Assembly: GCA_964035545.1 (NCBI GenBank)
Contig: OZ037765.1
Span: forward strand, 8,814,698-8,878,697
DNA: 64,000 bases
From: Bugula neritina
Lineage: Eukaryota; Animalia; Bryozoa
Direction of reading: 5' to 3'
In this document: piece after piece, positions 37,850 to 52,800 of the stretch
Position numbering within the stretch: the first letter of the stretch is position 1
How the letters are laid out: each line of letters starts with the position of its first letter
The notes under the pieces: model-generated
Databases searched by the model: none
The model's input: the letters and a program-made list of their open reading frames with translations, nothing else
Told to the model about the DNA's origin: nothing
Made by a program: the position numbers and the translations under genes

Positions 37850-39060
37850 ATGGACAGTGTCCATAACTATCGTTCAATATCCCTAATCAGCACCCCTTGC
37901 AAGATTTTAGAACACCCCATCCTGAGAAATCTGCTTGAAAAGATTGACACAAAACTTAACAACTAACAGAAGAGACCTCTCCTGTGAGACGCAGATCTGT
38001 GCAACTATGCATGACATTCTGTATACTATCAACAACCAAAAGACTGTCCATGCTGTTGTGCTAGACTTCACCAAGGCATTTAATCGGGTCCCACATGCCC
38101 TTCTGTTGCAAAATTTTTTCTAAAATTGTAGATGTTGACAATTATCTTCTACATTGGGTCCACAACTTTCTTACAGGGTGCAGCGTGTTGTGTTACAAAG
38201 CTGCAGCTCGGATCCAAAGACAGTTTGTTCAAGTGTACCACAGGAATCAATGCTAGGGCCGGTACTTTTCCTAGTCTTTATAAATGATCTTTCTGAGTGT
38301 CTCAACTGCTTTTGTTCTCTTTTTGCCAATGATGCACTCGTTTACCAAAAAATTTACTCATTGGAAAACTGTAAGCGATTTCAGCGAAACCTGGACTCTC
38401 TTAGAACGTGGTCAGGAAAGTTGGAAATGTCATCCAACATCTCCAAAAGCAAGATAATCAGCTTCAACCCTAAGACCGATACTCCCTAATGCAAGCTTAT
38501 TGGCTCTGTGTTATATTATGTTGACTCAATGAAATACCTTGGTGTAACACTGCAATCGGACTATAAATTTGACCACATCCTGAAGAAGGTTCTTGTTGCA
38601 AAACGGCAATTAGGCATGATAAAATGTGTACCCTACTGGGCCCCCAAAAGAGCAAAGCTTATTGCCTACAAAGCGCTCTGTCTCCCACAATTGGAATATG
38701 CCTAGGACCCATCCAGCAAAAGCCTGTAATGAAGAATGTACAAACAGATGCTGTGATTTTATCTCTAACAACAAAGGAAGAGCTGATATCGATGAGGAAA
38801 TAAAAAAGCTGTGTTTGGAGCCGCTTGATCTCGTGAGAAAAAAACCGACTCATCAGCCTTCTCCTGAAAATATTGTCTAAGGAAGAACAACATCCAATTC
38901 TGAGTGCTGCCTATGATGATTTTCTGGATCATCGGACCACAAGCATTATACAGACTAGATCTCAGGTTTCAGGACTTCCAGGTCAGTGAGAGCGAACAAG
39001 AATAGATATCTTGATAGTTTTCTCCCAAGAATGATGAGAGATATGAGGTTCACCACTCAT
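37850..39060 (+). mobile_element. 5'-truncated, decayed non-LTR retrotransposon (CR1/L2-like reverse transcriptase remnant)
   Basis: RT motifs across frameshifts and stops: YRSISLISTPCKILEH, VLDFTKAFNRVPH, SSVPQESMLGPVLFLVFINDL, LFANDA (FADD box mutated), MKYLGVTL. Confidence 0.9.
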
Positions 39061-39239
39061 TGAATGACTTTTCCAGTGCAGTCCATAGCTGTAAATCACA
39101 CACAGACAGGCCAGCTAGCCTGTTAAGTCAATCTGACATTGTTTAAACTACTGCCCAAGTACTGACAACTTATTTTTTTTTGTGGCACACCCCTTCTTCT
39201 CAGTGTGGAGATAACATCGACAGGTATTGACAAGTATAA

Positions 39240-39440
39240 CCATAATGATAATGTTAAGTAATAATTTTGATTACTCAAAATTGTGAATATCAGGCTCAGT
39301 ATCAGTATGAGATTAAGTATTACTATTAGTGACTATCAGTATTGCTATTACTATGGTCTATTAGACTTACTCTTAGTAGGCCTACATCTAGTAGTAGTAC
39401 TACTACTCTCACTAGTAGTTCTAATTCTATTAATATGAGT
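39240..39440. repeat. 6-bp-periodic low-complexity tract upstream of the Vreteno-like coding start
   Basis: tca gta tca gta tga gat taa gta tta cta tta gtg...tta gac tta ctc tta gta. Confidence 0.65.
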
Positions 39441-39590
39441 CTGAACATCAGCATTATTTATTAATAATGAATATTATTAGAAGATTGAATTTCAAAAACT
39501 TTAAAGTATAAAAAAATATATGTCGTTTTAGTTTTTAATCTGAAATAATAATAATGACAAAAGCAAAATGCTGGTATATCTATAGTGTGG

Positions 39591-40040
39591 AAATCCACGA
39601 CTATTCGAAAAGGACAATTAGAAAACACTTATTTGGAAAACGAACACTTCACTAATAGACAACTGGAAAATAGACAATTAGAAAATGAACATTTAGAAGA
39701 TGAAGAATATTCAACATGGACTAGTCGGGAGGGGGCGTTCAGAATCCGACCTGGTCCAAAATAGCTTTCAACAATAAATAAATAGTTCGATTCAGTTAGA
39801 CCTATCATGGAAGTAGAATTAGCTACTGAATAGTTTTAATTTTAAATTTCACACGATTACTAAGAGCTTTTTTGGGCCCAACCAGATTCTGAACGCCCCC
39901 TCCCGGCTAGTCCATGTTGAATATTCTTCATTTTCAAAATGTCCGCTTTCTAATTGTATATTTTCGAGTTGTCCATTGGTAAATTCTTTGTTGTCCAAAC
40001 GTGTGTTTTCCAATTGCCATTTTTGAAATGTCGTGTCCCC
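39591..40040. mobile_element. MULE/Mutator-like MITE with ~175-bp imperfect TIRs
   Basis: Long inverted arms (e.g. GAAGAATATTCAACATGGACTAG.CGGGAGGGGGCGTTCAGAATC and its reverse complement); 9-bp near-TSD ATAGTGTGG (39582-39590) / ATAGTATGG (40041-40049). Confidence 0.7.
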
Positions 40041-40805
40041 ATAGTATGGTGTAGCTAAACTATTAATGTCATTATTATTATTATTCTAACTATAAGTTTT
40101 TGCTTCTCTACTACTGAGACCTTAACCTATTAGTTAGGAACACAACTCCACTAATATGTACAGTCAGCTACAGTCTACATATATAGTTATTTTAAGTGTT
40201 TAAAAGTTAACAATGTCAAGTACATAAGCCCAATACTTACTAGTTAATACTATAAATTAGATAAACGTTCTGTGTCTGTAGGGAAAGGAGCAGGCCCATG
40301 TAAACTCCTTGTTTAAGCAAGCCATTATAAATGGTTAAGAAACTCAAGTACTTACAAGTTATTTGTTGTTATTAGGACAGGTGATCTTAACTATGCTAAA
40401 AACAATTGTCTTGCTCCTCTAGCGTAAATTCATCAAACCCCAACGATTATGTGTCTCTAGCTTTTTCTTTCCTGACTTGTGCATTCAATTAGCCAGGCAA
40501 ACAAGTTAGCCAGCTAATAGTTTTTGAGCCCGTTGGCATGAATATTTTTCACATTGATATCATCAGTTATAATATTATTAAGGCGCGTAAAATAGCTGAC
40601 AAACATATCACAGTGCTGGTTGACCAGCCGTACAAGTTGATATGACAGCAGCAACGGGTGTTTTGGGTTACACTTTAACAAGTTGTTAAGTTTTAGATGA
40701 TTTAATAAGCACAATGCAAGTTTTCACTGCTACAGAGTCACTTGTCATGCACTGAAATTTGTCATAATGGAATTTATCTATTTTTACGTTTACTTTTAGT
40801 CGAAA

Positions 40806-43800
40806 ATGGCAAAAACTGCTGAAGTAGAAGACTTGAGTTGTTGGGATCCAATGGTTGAAGATTATGAAAATAAAGCATTTAATTCATATCATAAAGGACC
40901 TGGGAAAAATATGCCTGAAGATCCCATGTAATTAAAACTTTGTTCTTCAAACAAACTTTAATATATAATAGCTATTCCTTTTTTCAAGCAACTATTTTTA
41001 TTTGGGATACTAAGTTCTTATGCATTTAAAATACTGCTCTAGTTTTGCTATGTTAGTTTTAATTGTAAGCTCAATGTGAGTGCTACCATATTTCTGTTGC
41101 ATATGATGTTTTTAGTTTCTTGTCACTAAAGTTTCCTACGTTGCAAATGCAAAAATTTGGGCTTTGTACCCTGGAGATTTGTTATAGCTCTGTACATGCT
41201 AAAAACTCATCAACTCTCTTTAACAAACACTTTTAATAAACAGCTTTCCACAACCAGTTAGTTAGATAAATAGATGATTTGGCTCGTTGATAGTCTGTAC
41301 ATTATTATAATATTTAGATTTTAGACTATTGTATAACAAAATTGTTTATAATATTATCTTTAGCTGTATATACTCACTAGCTAACAGCTGCTGAAACTAA
41401 AAAGGAGCTGCACTCAACTTCAATAATGTTTTTAATGATGTAGTATTTATTTTGCATATTTTTAGTGTTCGAAAGTCGTTCACCAATCTGTTTGTACGAG
41501 GTATTCCAGCTAATCTCAATGTCGTAAGTATTCCATTATGTTATTACAGACTATGGAGCGTATAATCTCATATTAACTTTTTATTTTCAATAATAATGGT
41601 AATTTTATTTTTCTTTGTGTTTCTTGTGATTGAGTCATAGCCATTTAATAGATTTTTTAACTCTGATTTTGCTTGTCATGTGTTTTTATACTCTCTACTT
41701 GACTTACATTTTATTAATATATTGTATGGATCACAGAAAGGCGTTAGAAACTTATTTGGCGAATATGGTCAGGTTACTTCATGTGTGATACGGTTTACAC
41801 CCAACTATTCAACAAATATTGCGTAAGTCACTGTGTTTGCATATATGTATCCAATATCTGCCAAGTTTTAGTATTTTAGCTATATAGTCATTACACTCAT
41901 AAACAACTCAACAGTCTAAATCCTGATTCAACACAGAAGTTTTTATCACCATCCTCTCTGAAATTATTCTGAGCACATGTTTCATGAGAAATTCGAGATA
42001 ATAGCCCTTTCTGACCTCATCATTCTCACATGAATGACACTCAAATTGATAGTATAATTTTCAGAAGTCATGTTCCATACAGATTTTTATTCATGTAAAA
42101 TTAGAATTTTCATGTTACCAAGTATCTAATGGAGTATTATCATTTATTTATATTGGTAAACATTCCAAACATAAAATATATGCAATCGTGTGATGAATTT
42201 CAAACAGGTAAAACCAGAATAACTGGTAATAACAAATATTGATGAGCTATCTAATTAAAACAGAACTTCAGAGACCTAGAGGTTTAAAATATATGTTTTA
42301 TTTTAAATTTTACTATATTAGCTCAGCGTCCCTACTTTGGTTTTTATAACTTGCGTTAAACTAGTGTTGCTGTGTTTTGCAAGGTTTGTAACAATGGCCA
42401 CAGTCGACCAGTGTAATGAATGTATACGCTATTTAAATGGCCGTCAATTCGGAGCTGATAGGATAGGAGTTGAATTTGCTAAATCACAAGAAGACAAAGA
42501 ACGGGACCGAAAGGAGAGAGATGTAAGGATGATTCTTTACGTCCAGCTTCTATTTTTAATTTACTTTTAGAAATTTTTATCTTTACATTTTTGTGCTGGA
42601 ACTTTTATATTCTGCTAAAATTAATTTTGAGGACAGTGTCATTTTATGAAACCAAATCATTTTTGTAAATCAGTTTTACAAATTTTACTGACTATACTGT
42701 AAGCTTATAAAACTTTTAAGATAAAATGAGTTTAATAGATAGCAATCATTCTCATCCTCTTAATGTCTTAATGACTTAATTACGAATTAATGTTTCACTA
42801 GCTTAGCTCTTACATTCTTTTTGCCCCGTTGAGTTACTATTTGAAAATATTTAAAAGAATTTTTGACTCATGAGAACATCTTTGGTGTAAATTCAACGAT
42901 TTGATTCTGATTATTTCTTTTACTTGAGCATTAACCTATATTAGTAAGTTATATAACATGATCAGTCTCAAGTAGTTGACCTCTGTTGTAGGCCCAAGAC
43001 AGATTAATTACATCTTTTGGCAGTGGGCGCACAGTAACTACCTTAAAGTGAGTGAGGCTTATAGCAAATAGCAAATTCTACTAGCTGTTCCAGTATATTA
43101 CATTTTAGATTATTATGGTTGTCATTATTAGCTCAGTTGATCTCTACTAAAACAAGGTTGATGACTGGGTCCAATTGGCACCAAAAACTAGGTTTTCTGT
43201 GGCTAATGACCTCACATTGCTTAATGTAAAAATTAATTTGTGGAACATTTTCTAATTGCCACTTTATAATTTGAAAAGTGAGTCTAATATTTATGATTTT
43301 TCCCTGATGATTTCATGTTGGTATTGAGGATGACCTATTATTTGTTTCCATACCTTTCTAGAAAATATTTAATCGTTTATAATATTGTTCTTGACTTAGT
43401 GATGATGCAAGAGCTCTTGGGTCTCATAGAAATTTAAAAATACAAGTTGACAATTCTTCACTTCAAACCGGAGCCAACGGACACGACTTAAATAAGTGAT
43501 AATTTAATACTATTGTTCTGTATTAATTTTTTTTAATTTAGTTTTTTTTCCGGCAAAATATATAAAACTGATATTCTAAAATACCATTTTACTATTGACT
43601 TTTACATTTTCTGAGTGGCTGATTTTATGGAAAGTCTCTCCAAGCATATTGCTGGTCAGACAGCATTGATACACATGTGACTTTGCTGTTTTGTGCGGAT
43701 TTATTTCTTTTTTTATTGATGCTGTTTGCATCGTGTAACTTTAACCTAAAGTTTGAAGTTCTGCGCTACTGAATTGACCTGAAATGGGCTGGTTGTAGTT

Positions 43801-46800
43801 TAATTATAACTGCTATACAGGCTTTGTTCAGTATATTTTTTACATCTATATCTAGAAAATAGTCACTTTCTATATGCCTAAGAGTTCTACTGTGCAATGT
43901 ATTTTTCCAAAAGTCTGAAGATCTTTTTTCAGGTTGATCTAACTGTATGCCCTTGAGTATTTAAGATTGGGCCTCCACCTCAAGCAAATTCTCAACGTAA
44001 TGATTTCCATCTTATACTGTCTACATTTTAATTACGATGCTATTTATCTGATTTTTAGGTCTTATAAAGGTAGTCATTCTGAGAGCCAGTCATCAAATAC
44101 AGGTAAATTGTGTTAAATTTTCGTTACTAAAACCGTCTATACATACTTTACTTTTGTGCAAATTGGCAAATTTTATGATTATGCTGTTCTTGTTAAGCCA
44201 TAATCAAATTTTACAAAAGAAACCTTAACACTAATATGTTGCTTGCTTTATTGTTACCAGTAGTAAGATGTGTGAGTATTAGCTAAGGAGATGATCAATG
44301 ATTGAATTTTTTTATATCTATCATTATTTATGTTTTCTAGATTACAAAGAGTGTGAGCAATGTGGGAAGCCTGGTAAATAACTTACTTTGCTTATATGTC
44401 AAACCTACACATTTCAACTTGTATAATACAAGTGACTTATATTTATAATTTGTAAGATTGCTTTTAGAGCTGCATCAAATCACTGCATTGACGTAATGTA
44501 TCATAAGACAATATCATGAATATGCATCATATAATCTTTTCATGATATAGTATTCTATATCATACTGTCACTGTGTTGCAGACAGCAAATACAAGTGTGT
44601 TGGATGCCATATTTTGTACTGCTCTCAAGACTGCCAGAATAGGGCATGGGGCTCTCACAAACAAGTTTGTGGACAAACAAGGCAAGTACTGTTATAGTCT
44701 GATGCCAGGGTTAGTGTCTGCTCAAGTCTCAGAATTGAGTCATTGTCAAAGCCGTTTGTATTTTCTGCACTACTTTGTATTTTTTGTATCTTAAGAAATC
44801 TCAGGTTTTTTTGCATCTGTCTACCGTAAAAATATTTACGAGTACGTTTGAAAATTAATACAATTTTATTGGAGTTAAAAGTATCAGTATTTAACCGAAA
44901 AGTACTTTATGGAACTTTATCTAAAATTTTGACTTGCTCGGTTGCAAAATATGGTTTTGCTACTTGAAAACGCTAAGCCTAGGGCCACACTGTGCGTATT
45001 TTCGCATGCGAAATTTTAAACCACGAGTAGCAAAGGTGTCCACTGTATGCATTGAGAAAACATTCGCACTTGTCGCTCAGCATTCTGAACGCAAGTGCGA
45101 ATCGTCTCTGTCGTCGTCACCTAATTGGCTGGTAGTTATTTAGCGAGCCCAATTCTTTTGTTTTAGTGCTATATTCCAGTAAATTGCGTTTTATTAAAAG
45201 CGAGCGCGATTTAAAAATGAAAGCTTTATTTATCACGCATCACTGATGCCACAGTGGACACCTTTGCTACCTGTGGTTTCAATTTTCGCTTGCGAAAATA
45301 CGCACAGTGTGGCCCTAGGCTAATTGGTTATCAGTAACTCCGAAGTTATGTAATTGGGTTACAAAAGTACAAAGTAGCAGAACATGTCTGGAATTTGTAT
45401 AAGTGTATATCCATGTAAATTGTATAATAAACCAAAAGTTGCATTCAGAGAAAGTTTTTTAACTGGATAAAAGAACTTGTATTACCATAATTTTTCGTAT
45501 GCTTTTTTGGGTAAAACAACTGTGTATGGTTCTAGCTATTTGTAAAATGATAGTTTTTTTTGGCATGGCACTACTTTCTTTCTCATGATTATTTAAATCC
45601 AATGTAATTTGTAAAGCAACACTCTCAAGTTTATAATACGGTTGCAGCCTCCATTTTGTTGATTATTTTATTTCGCTGTGCCCAAAACCAAAGAGCACTC
45701 TAGATATTCTACAGAAACTGTACTATAGTTCTATTAGTTATATATTTATAGTGATAAAGTTGACTGTGGTTCTACCAACAGGGAAGGTTCACTTTCCAGT
45801 AGCTCCTCACAGGTTGCTACAGCTCCCAGTGATTCTGAACTGTCACTTACTAAACTTTCTCTGCCTCTTGAGAGACCTGTAAAGGTAGGTTAGCAGTTCC
45901 CTCCTTGTCGGTTATCTTCCCATATTCCTAATATTTGTTCAACTGTTTGTATATAACATATTATGGTTTTGTAATCTTGGAATTTTTTAGTGAGCCTGCC
46001 TACAGCTTGTAAGTTTAATGTCTTGGTTGATTCTATTGAAGGGCACACCTTAAAGTGTTTTAATGTCTGCTGATATTTACAAAAGGAGGGCTCTTTAGCA
46101 TGTGTGCTGGCAAAATCACCACTATAACTCGCCAAAGTTCATAACTATGAAAAATTCTAAGGAAAGGGTTTTTTAAAGTTGACTTGGTCATATGTGCCAC
46201 CGATAGGAGCAATTATGACTGAATGCTTTTCCTAACATCACTGCCACTACACACGGCTGCTCCCTGCTAGAGCCTTCTGTATTTCTGTCTGTGATCCATT
46301 TTCATTTCTACCTATATGTCGGTCTCTGTAACAAACTTATATTAGCAAACATTGTCCACCTCATCACCATACACTGTTAGGATTACAAACCAGTCACTTA
46401 CTTTAGTTTTACTGTTTGACAGGTAACTTTGGTAGAGTTCCAGTCTCCTGCGAAGTTCTTTGTTCAGCTCACTGATAATCGTGACACGCATCTGGTCACA
46501 ACTTCTTTAAATAAGGTACGTTCATGTTTCTGTCTTGAAATAGTATAAAATTTTGTTTGGATTTTGTTTTGTTTTAGGCATGGTTTTACTAGCATACTTG
46601 TGATTTAGAAAGATTTTTTTATAGGCTGCTTAGTTAAAAAACCTTCAGAGCATCAAGAATTGATAACATTGCATCTTTAAATTCTACTTTGGTAGAAAAA
46701 TTCATTTCTTTTCATTGCGAAGGTGTGGGTCATGGAACCCTGTTCTGTGCTGACAGGGGACAAACCCTGAAACAGTGTCCATACACAAGTTGAGTCATAC

Positions 46801-49800
46801 ATTATATAGTCTAACAAAGTAATTTACCAATGATATTGCCTGTGTGTTTGCTGTTGCATTTTGAAATCTGAAGCATTGAAGGTTTAAATTTGCTAACATA
46901 ACTCTTTGCTTTTCATCAATAACGCTTGTTACTGTTCCTGATTTCAGGGTGAAGCAATAGTTTCCCCCATTTTTTCAATTTCTTAGCCCTTTCATTAAAA
47001 AAAGCCAATACATTTTTATCCTGTAAAAAACAAAACTTGCTTTTGTTTTGTTATCTTTTTTGAGTAAGATTTTTTTATTCTTGGTTGATGGCATTATGAA
47101 TCTCAATTCAGCTTTTTAGACTATTGGAAGCAGAGTGGTGTGATGGTCTGTCTTTATTTCTTTTTAGCAGCTGTGCTCATTATTATTCTTTTTAGTGTGT
47201 CTTTACACATTTAGTTTTTTCATGGAAAATGATTGCTGAATTTTCGTAAATATTTTTAACGTACATATATATATATATATATTGACTTGTGTGGCCAAAA
47301 TCTGCTGTCGTTTTCATCTCTGCATTGTCACCGAACTGTGTTGATTACTGCATTAGTTGAAAGTAGTTTTGGGTTTGTGTAGCATTTTGTGTAATACGTA
47401 GTCCTATCAGCTGTTTATTCAAGCTTTAAGCAGAATTGTTAAGAGTTCTTTATTAATGAGAGTGGAAGTAGTGAGACAAAACTGTTGCACAATATTTCTT
47501 CCCATCATCAGTGAATGGTTTTACATTGGTACAAATCCTTAATATTACTTTTAATTTCTTCGTTCAGTCTGAGAATGCATTAAGCCAACACTATTTCACA
47601 CATTTATGGTAAAAGTGCCTTTCCTGGGTGTCTCTTAGCTCACATGTACTAGTTGCCATGAGTCCTCACTAACTATTTTCTAGAGTATAGGTGTAATAGC
47701 CGTTTCATGATAACTGCATAATTTTATCATAAAGTACCATTATACACCATAGTTTTGACATTGCATTATATTTTAATTTAGAGTATATAACCAATCATTT
47801 TAGTTATTGAAATAAACTCTTGAGTACAGCTAATACTTGAACTCTTTTTTTTTCAGTTAAAGTAATTGGATTGTTCGCATTATTTCAGGGAAAAGTATGT
47901 TATATAAGAACTTACTCTAGAGGTTTATTACTCATATGTTTCACAACTAAGGTTGTACTATATAAATATCTACATCTACTGCATTAAATTTTAAAAATAC
48001 ATTTTCTTCTAAAGAATAATATGGATATCTTAATACAAGCAATATACCTAAATGTATTCCATGTAGATTTGCCAATGTGGTATTTTTTAGGCCGTGCATT
48101 TGTTCACCAAAAATAGTTCTGTCTGAACTGTTTTGATTTTTTAGTTACTGCATTTTTTATTTACAGGTAAAGCACAAAACTAGTGATTGTAAATTTTTAT
48201 TTTTGTTGAGTTCAACTCGCCTAGACGTCCCGGATTAAAATGGATTTAACTAGCTTTCTTAGCATAATATACCAACTGTACTCTGAGTTATTAACCTACA
48301 CCTAACCCCCTTTTCTCTTATTTCAGCTTTGCATACCCCATTCACCAATTGACATCAAACCTCAGCCTGGGGATTTGTTGGCCGTTCAACTGGCCAATGG
48401 TGTATGGCATAGAGGTCTTATTATTGGCACTAGAAAATATCAATTTTTTGTTTATCTGGTTGATATTGGCCAAAAACACCTATCCAACATCATATGTCCT
48501 ATTCCTTCAGAGATGTTGGGCATACCTTTTCAAGTATACACATTTAGAATGTTTGATGTTTCTCTTCTTTTCTTCCGTTTCGAATTTCATTTCTTAGTTG
48601 TGGCAATTTTCCATTTGCAATGGTTTTTTGAAAAGACTGACCTTGTATGTGCTTGATTATGTCCAGACCCATTCGAACCACTAACCACCAGCTTTTGCGT
48701 AAAAATAACTCATTGAATTTTGATATGAAGAGTATTAAAAAACAGAAGTTTCTTCTTTGCTTGCGTTCTTTTTCTGTGTTTTAAAAGGCCATTCATTATT
48801 CTTTCTGAATTTATGTTGTTGGTGACCTAATTTAGCTGATATGAGCCAATTTAACATACTTGAGGTATTTATATTCTGTTTCAGGCAATACAGTGCAGTC
48901 TGTACGGTCTTGCACCCTACAAGAGAACTTCTTGGACAGATTTTTCTGTTCAGATTTGCACTCAACTTGGTTTAACAGTTGGCCAGCAGTACAGTATAAC
49001 TTGTGTTGAATCTTTCAAGGGGAACCAGGTGTTTCTTAAACTACCAGGTAATTAAATCTGGCCAACGAAAGTTGGTAACTTTTTAAATTATTTGGTGGAA
49101 GGAAACAACATTGCCTAGAATTCTTGTTAAGATAAAATTACATAGTAAGAATAAAATTATATATTTGTTTGTGAAACTGTATACTCACTTGGCATTTAAT
49201 AGCTGTTACTATTTCAATCAACATTGTTAGAGTGTAGTGTTGAAGTTGCAGTGTAACATTTATCATAGTGTGACTTCCGGACTTTTACATGATGTTTTCT
49301 ATTCTGTAGATGGCAGAGATCTGGGAGACTGTCTTATAGAGGCTACAGGCGCTTCAGTAGATCCACAGTCTAAGTAAGTGATAAGATATTACCTCTGTTA
49401 TTTTAGTAGATTAGCCATAGTTTAGCTAAAAGTAAATTATGCTTGTTACTTGAAACAGCCAGTAACATTTTTTTCAAAGCATCTTTATCGGCGCCTAAAA
49501 TATCCCTCTACATGCTAAAAGTTATACTTTCCTAGACTGGACATATTGAATATTTTTCATATGTTAGAATATGTATTTACTAGGTCTATATTGTACATGC
49601 ACATTTATGTAAATATAACTTCTGCTGTAGATATCATGTTTGGGATAGCTTACATCGATATGTTCACCCTGGTGACTCCCTGTTCTTGAAAGTTGAGGAA
49701 AGCTCCATTGAAGGTGTTGATGGTTTCTATGCTCAGATAGGGAACCAGGATTTACACAAATATTTAGAAAGTTTTCAAGTACTCGAATCTCAATTGAATA

Positions 49801-52800
49801 CTTACGCTCAAGAAAACCCAATTGACCCCTCCAACAAGTGAGATTGCATCTTAATATTAATAATCATAGTATACGGGCCATATTAATGTATACCTATAAT
49901 AACGCTTTTATCTGTCGTTGGTATGGTTGGGATAACTTTGTTTCTGTTGAATACAGGCCAGATGTAGAAGATTTTGTGTTAGCCGAGTACAATGGCAGCT
50001 GGTCTCGAGGAAAAATATATCATTTGAAGAATAATCAGGCAGTAGTGGGATTCATTGATTATGGAAATTTAGAGACCAAACCAGTGGCTGAGTTGATGGC
50101 TCTACCCAGACAGTTTTCTCACTTTCCAGCTGTGGCAGTCAGCATTCACTTGGAGGGAATTACTGACCACCCGGATAGAGAAATGCAGAAACCCGCTGCT
50201 CAATTTTTAAAGGTATGCTGATTGTTGCCAACTGCTTTCTTCTCTAACTGTAGACATGCTAATATTTCTAGTTAACCATTAACTTTCTTCACATAGATGT
50301 GTTGTTCAAGCTGCTGAGGGTTTTATTTTTAGGATTTCTTTAAAGAATCGTTGAAAGCTGTTGTTAAAGATTTGAATAAAGACACATTATCTGTGGATGT
50401 TGTTCTGGAAGATGGCAGACGTCTGGTTGATCTTCTTATCTCTTCTGGTCTTGCACAGCGGTGTACTCAGCCTTTAACTGGTTCTCTTGTTTATTCTACT
50501 CCTAAGTGTACTGTTGCTGACAGTGTATTGTCTCCCCCTACACTCAATCAGAGACCCAATGACTCTTCTTACTCTCTTTCTACTCCCAGTTCTGGTGCTT
50601 CTCATAATCATTCAAATATCAAGGTTGGCATCATATATGTGTTATTGTTTATATCTCTTTTTATACTTTACCAATACACTCACACAGAGACACACGTGCG
50701 ATCGAACACACAAATATATATAGTTTTAATTAGTTATTTTACTCTGTTATTTCAGTCCATCTCTCCAGCAAGAAATTTGAGCACTTCGAAGCAAAGGTAA
50801 AGTTAGCTGCTTGATTGTTTTAGTCTTGAAATAAGATGTCATGCATTTTTCAATTTGATTTCAGTAATAATTTTCTTTCATCAGCCATGTGCCCTTGAGC
50901 AATGTAAAACAACATATAAATTGCTTGCAAAAATAGAATATTTCATTTCTTATAATTTCATTTCACTGTCCCGAACACCTGGTGGCAGTTTAAACATTTA
51001 AACACAGAAACTGTACTATAGTTCTATTAGTTATATTCATAGTGATAAAGTTGACTGTGGTTCTACCAACAGAGAAAGTTCACTTTCCAGTAGCTCCTCA
51101 CAGGCTGCTACAGCTCTCAGTGGTTCTGAACTATCACTTACTAAACTTTCTCTGCCCCTTGAGAGACCTGTAAAGGTAGGTTAGCAGTTCCTTCCTTGTC
51201 GGTTATCTTCCCATCATTGTTTCTTCTAGTTGAGAAGACAACTGCTACAATTATGCTGTCAACTGATAACATAATGTTAACTTTTGATTCAGTGTGACAA
51301 CAATATTATTGAGGTAGGTTCGTGTATAGTAACTGAGAGTCTACAATCCATAAGTTGATATTATGAAATTGTAGAGGCACATAGTTTGGTCATTTTTACT
51401 GAAAGCTGTCTCTTGGTTCTGTAATTATAACAAGGATCAAATCTCTTAATATTCTCTCTGTTTATACAATCTTTCTAAAAATAGATTCTGTACCATCACG
51501 AGGTATTATCCATATTCACACATTTTCATTTATAAATGCCCTAACAAATTAATAGCTTGCTTAACATCGATTATGTGCCATCTTTGTCCAAGCTAGCAAT
51601 CCATTTTTTATTTCTCCTTTAGGTCGATCTCTGTAACAAACTTAACATTGTCTACCTCATCATCATACACTAATTAGATTACAAACCTTTTTACTTACTT
51701 TAGTTTTACTGTTTGACAGGTAACTTTGGTAGAGTTCCAGTCTCCTGCGAAGTTCTTTGTTCAGCTCACTGATAATCAAGACACGCATCTGGTCACAGCT
51801 TCATTAAATCAGGTAAGAATTTCTCAGAACCGACTTGAGTCTTAACTAATCAGCTGACAGTTTAACACTTTCATTCATGAGAAAGAATACTTTATTTAAA
51901 GGATGTTTATTTAAGTTGTCTGTTGTAAAATAAAAATTAGCATGCTGTCATTGGTGCTTGCTGACTAAACATGCCTAAATAGTTATGCCGACCAACTGAA
52001 TTCTCCATAAACTCATCATTTAATCTTCGTACTTTGGTGTATGTCAATCAGTGCTGTAGATAAGTGAGTAAGTGAAGTATGTGCTTCAAGCTACACTATT
52101 GCCATGCTATTTTAGTTCTTCTGTAGTGAATTTCGAATCAACAGATTTTTGTAACCTAGTTTCTTGCAAGGTCCTTGACATTTGTTACAATACTCATTAT
52201 TGTCATCGTGCATTACTCTATCATTTAACTTGGTTTTTTACATTTTTGCCTAAGCCACTACTTACCTCATTACATTTATGGGACTTGATTGACTATATTA
52301 ACTTAGTTATCATTAATTTAATGTTTTTCAACAATATTTTTTAGTTAGCACACATATATTATGGCATATTTTTGTGCCAGTTTTACTAAATTTCAAGTTG
52401 GTTATATAACAACTTATTCTAGCTAACTTGAAATCTAAATGTCCGTTCTGTTGATAACACAATATCAAGTTATTATAGAAAAAATATGTCTGAAATAAGT
52501 TAAAGCTCCTAAAATGTTGGAATAATTATCTGTTTCAGGCAATACAGTGCAGTCTGTACGGTCTTGCACCCTACAAGAGAACTTCTTGGACAGATTTTTC
52601 TGTTCAGATTTGCACTCAACTTGGTTTAACAGTTGGCCAGCAGTACAGTATAACTTGTGTTGAATCTTTCAAGGGGAACCAGGTGTTTCTTAAACTACCA
52701 GGTAATTAAATCTGGCCAACTAAAGTTGGTCACTTTCTAAATTATTTAGTGGAAGGAAACAACATTGCCAAAAACTCTTGTTAAGATAAAATTACACAGT

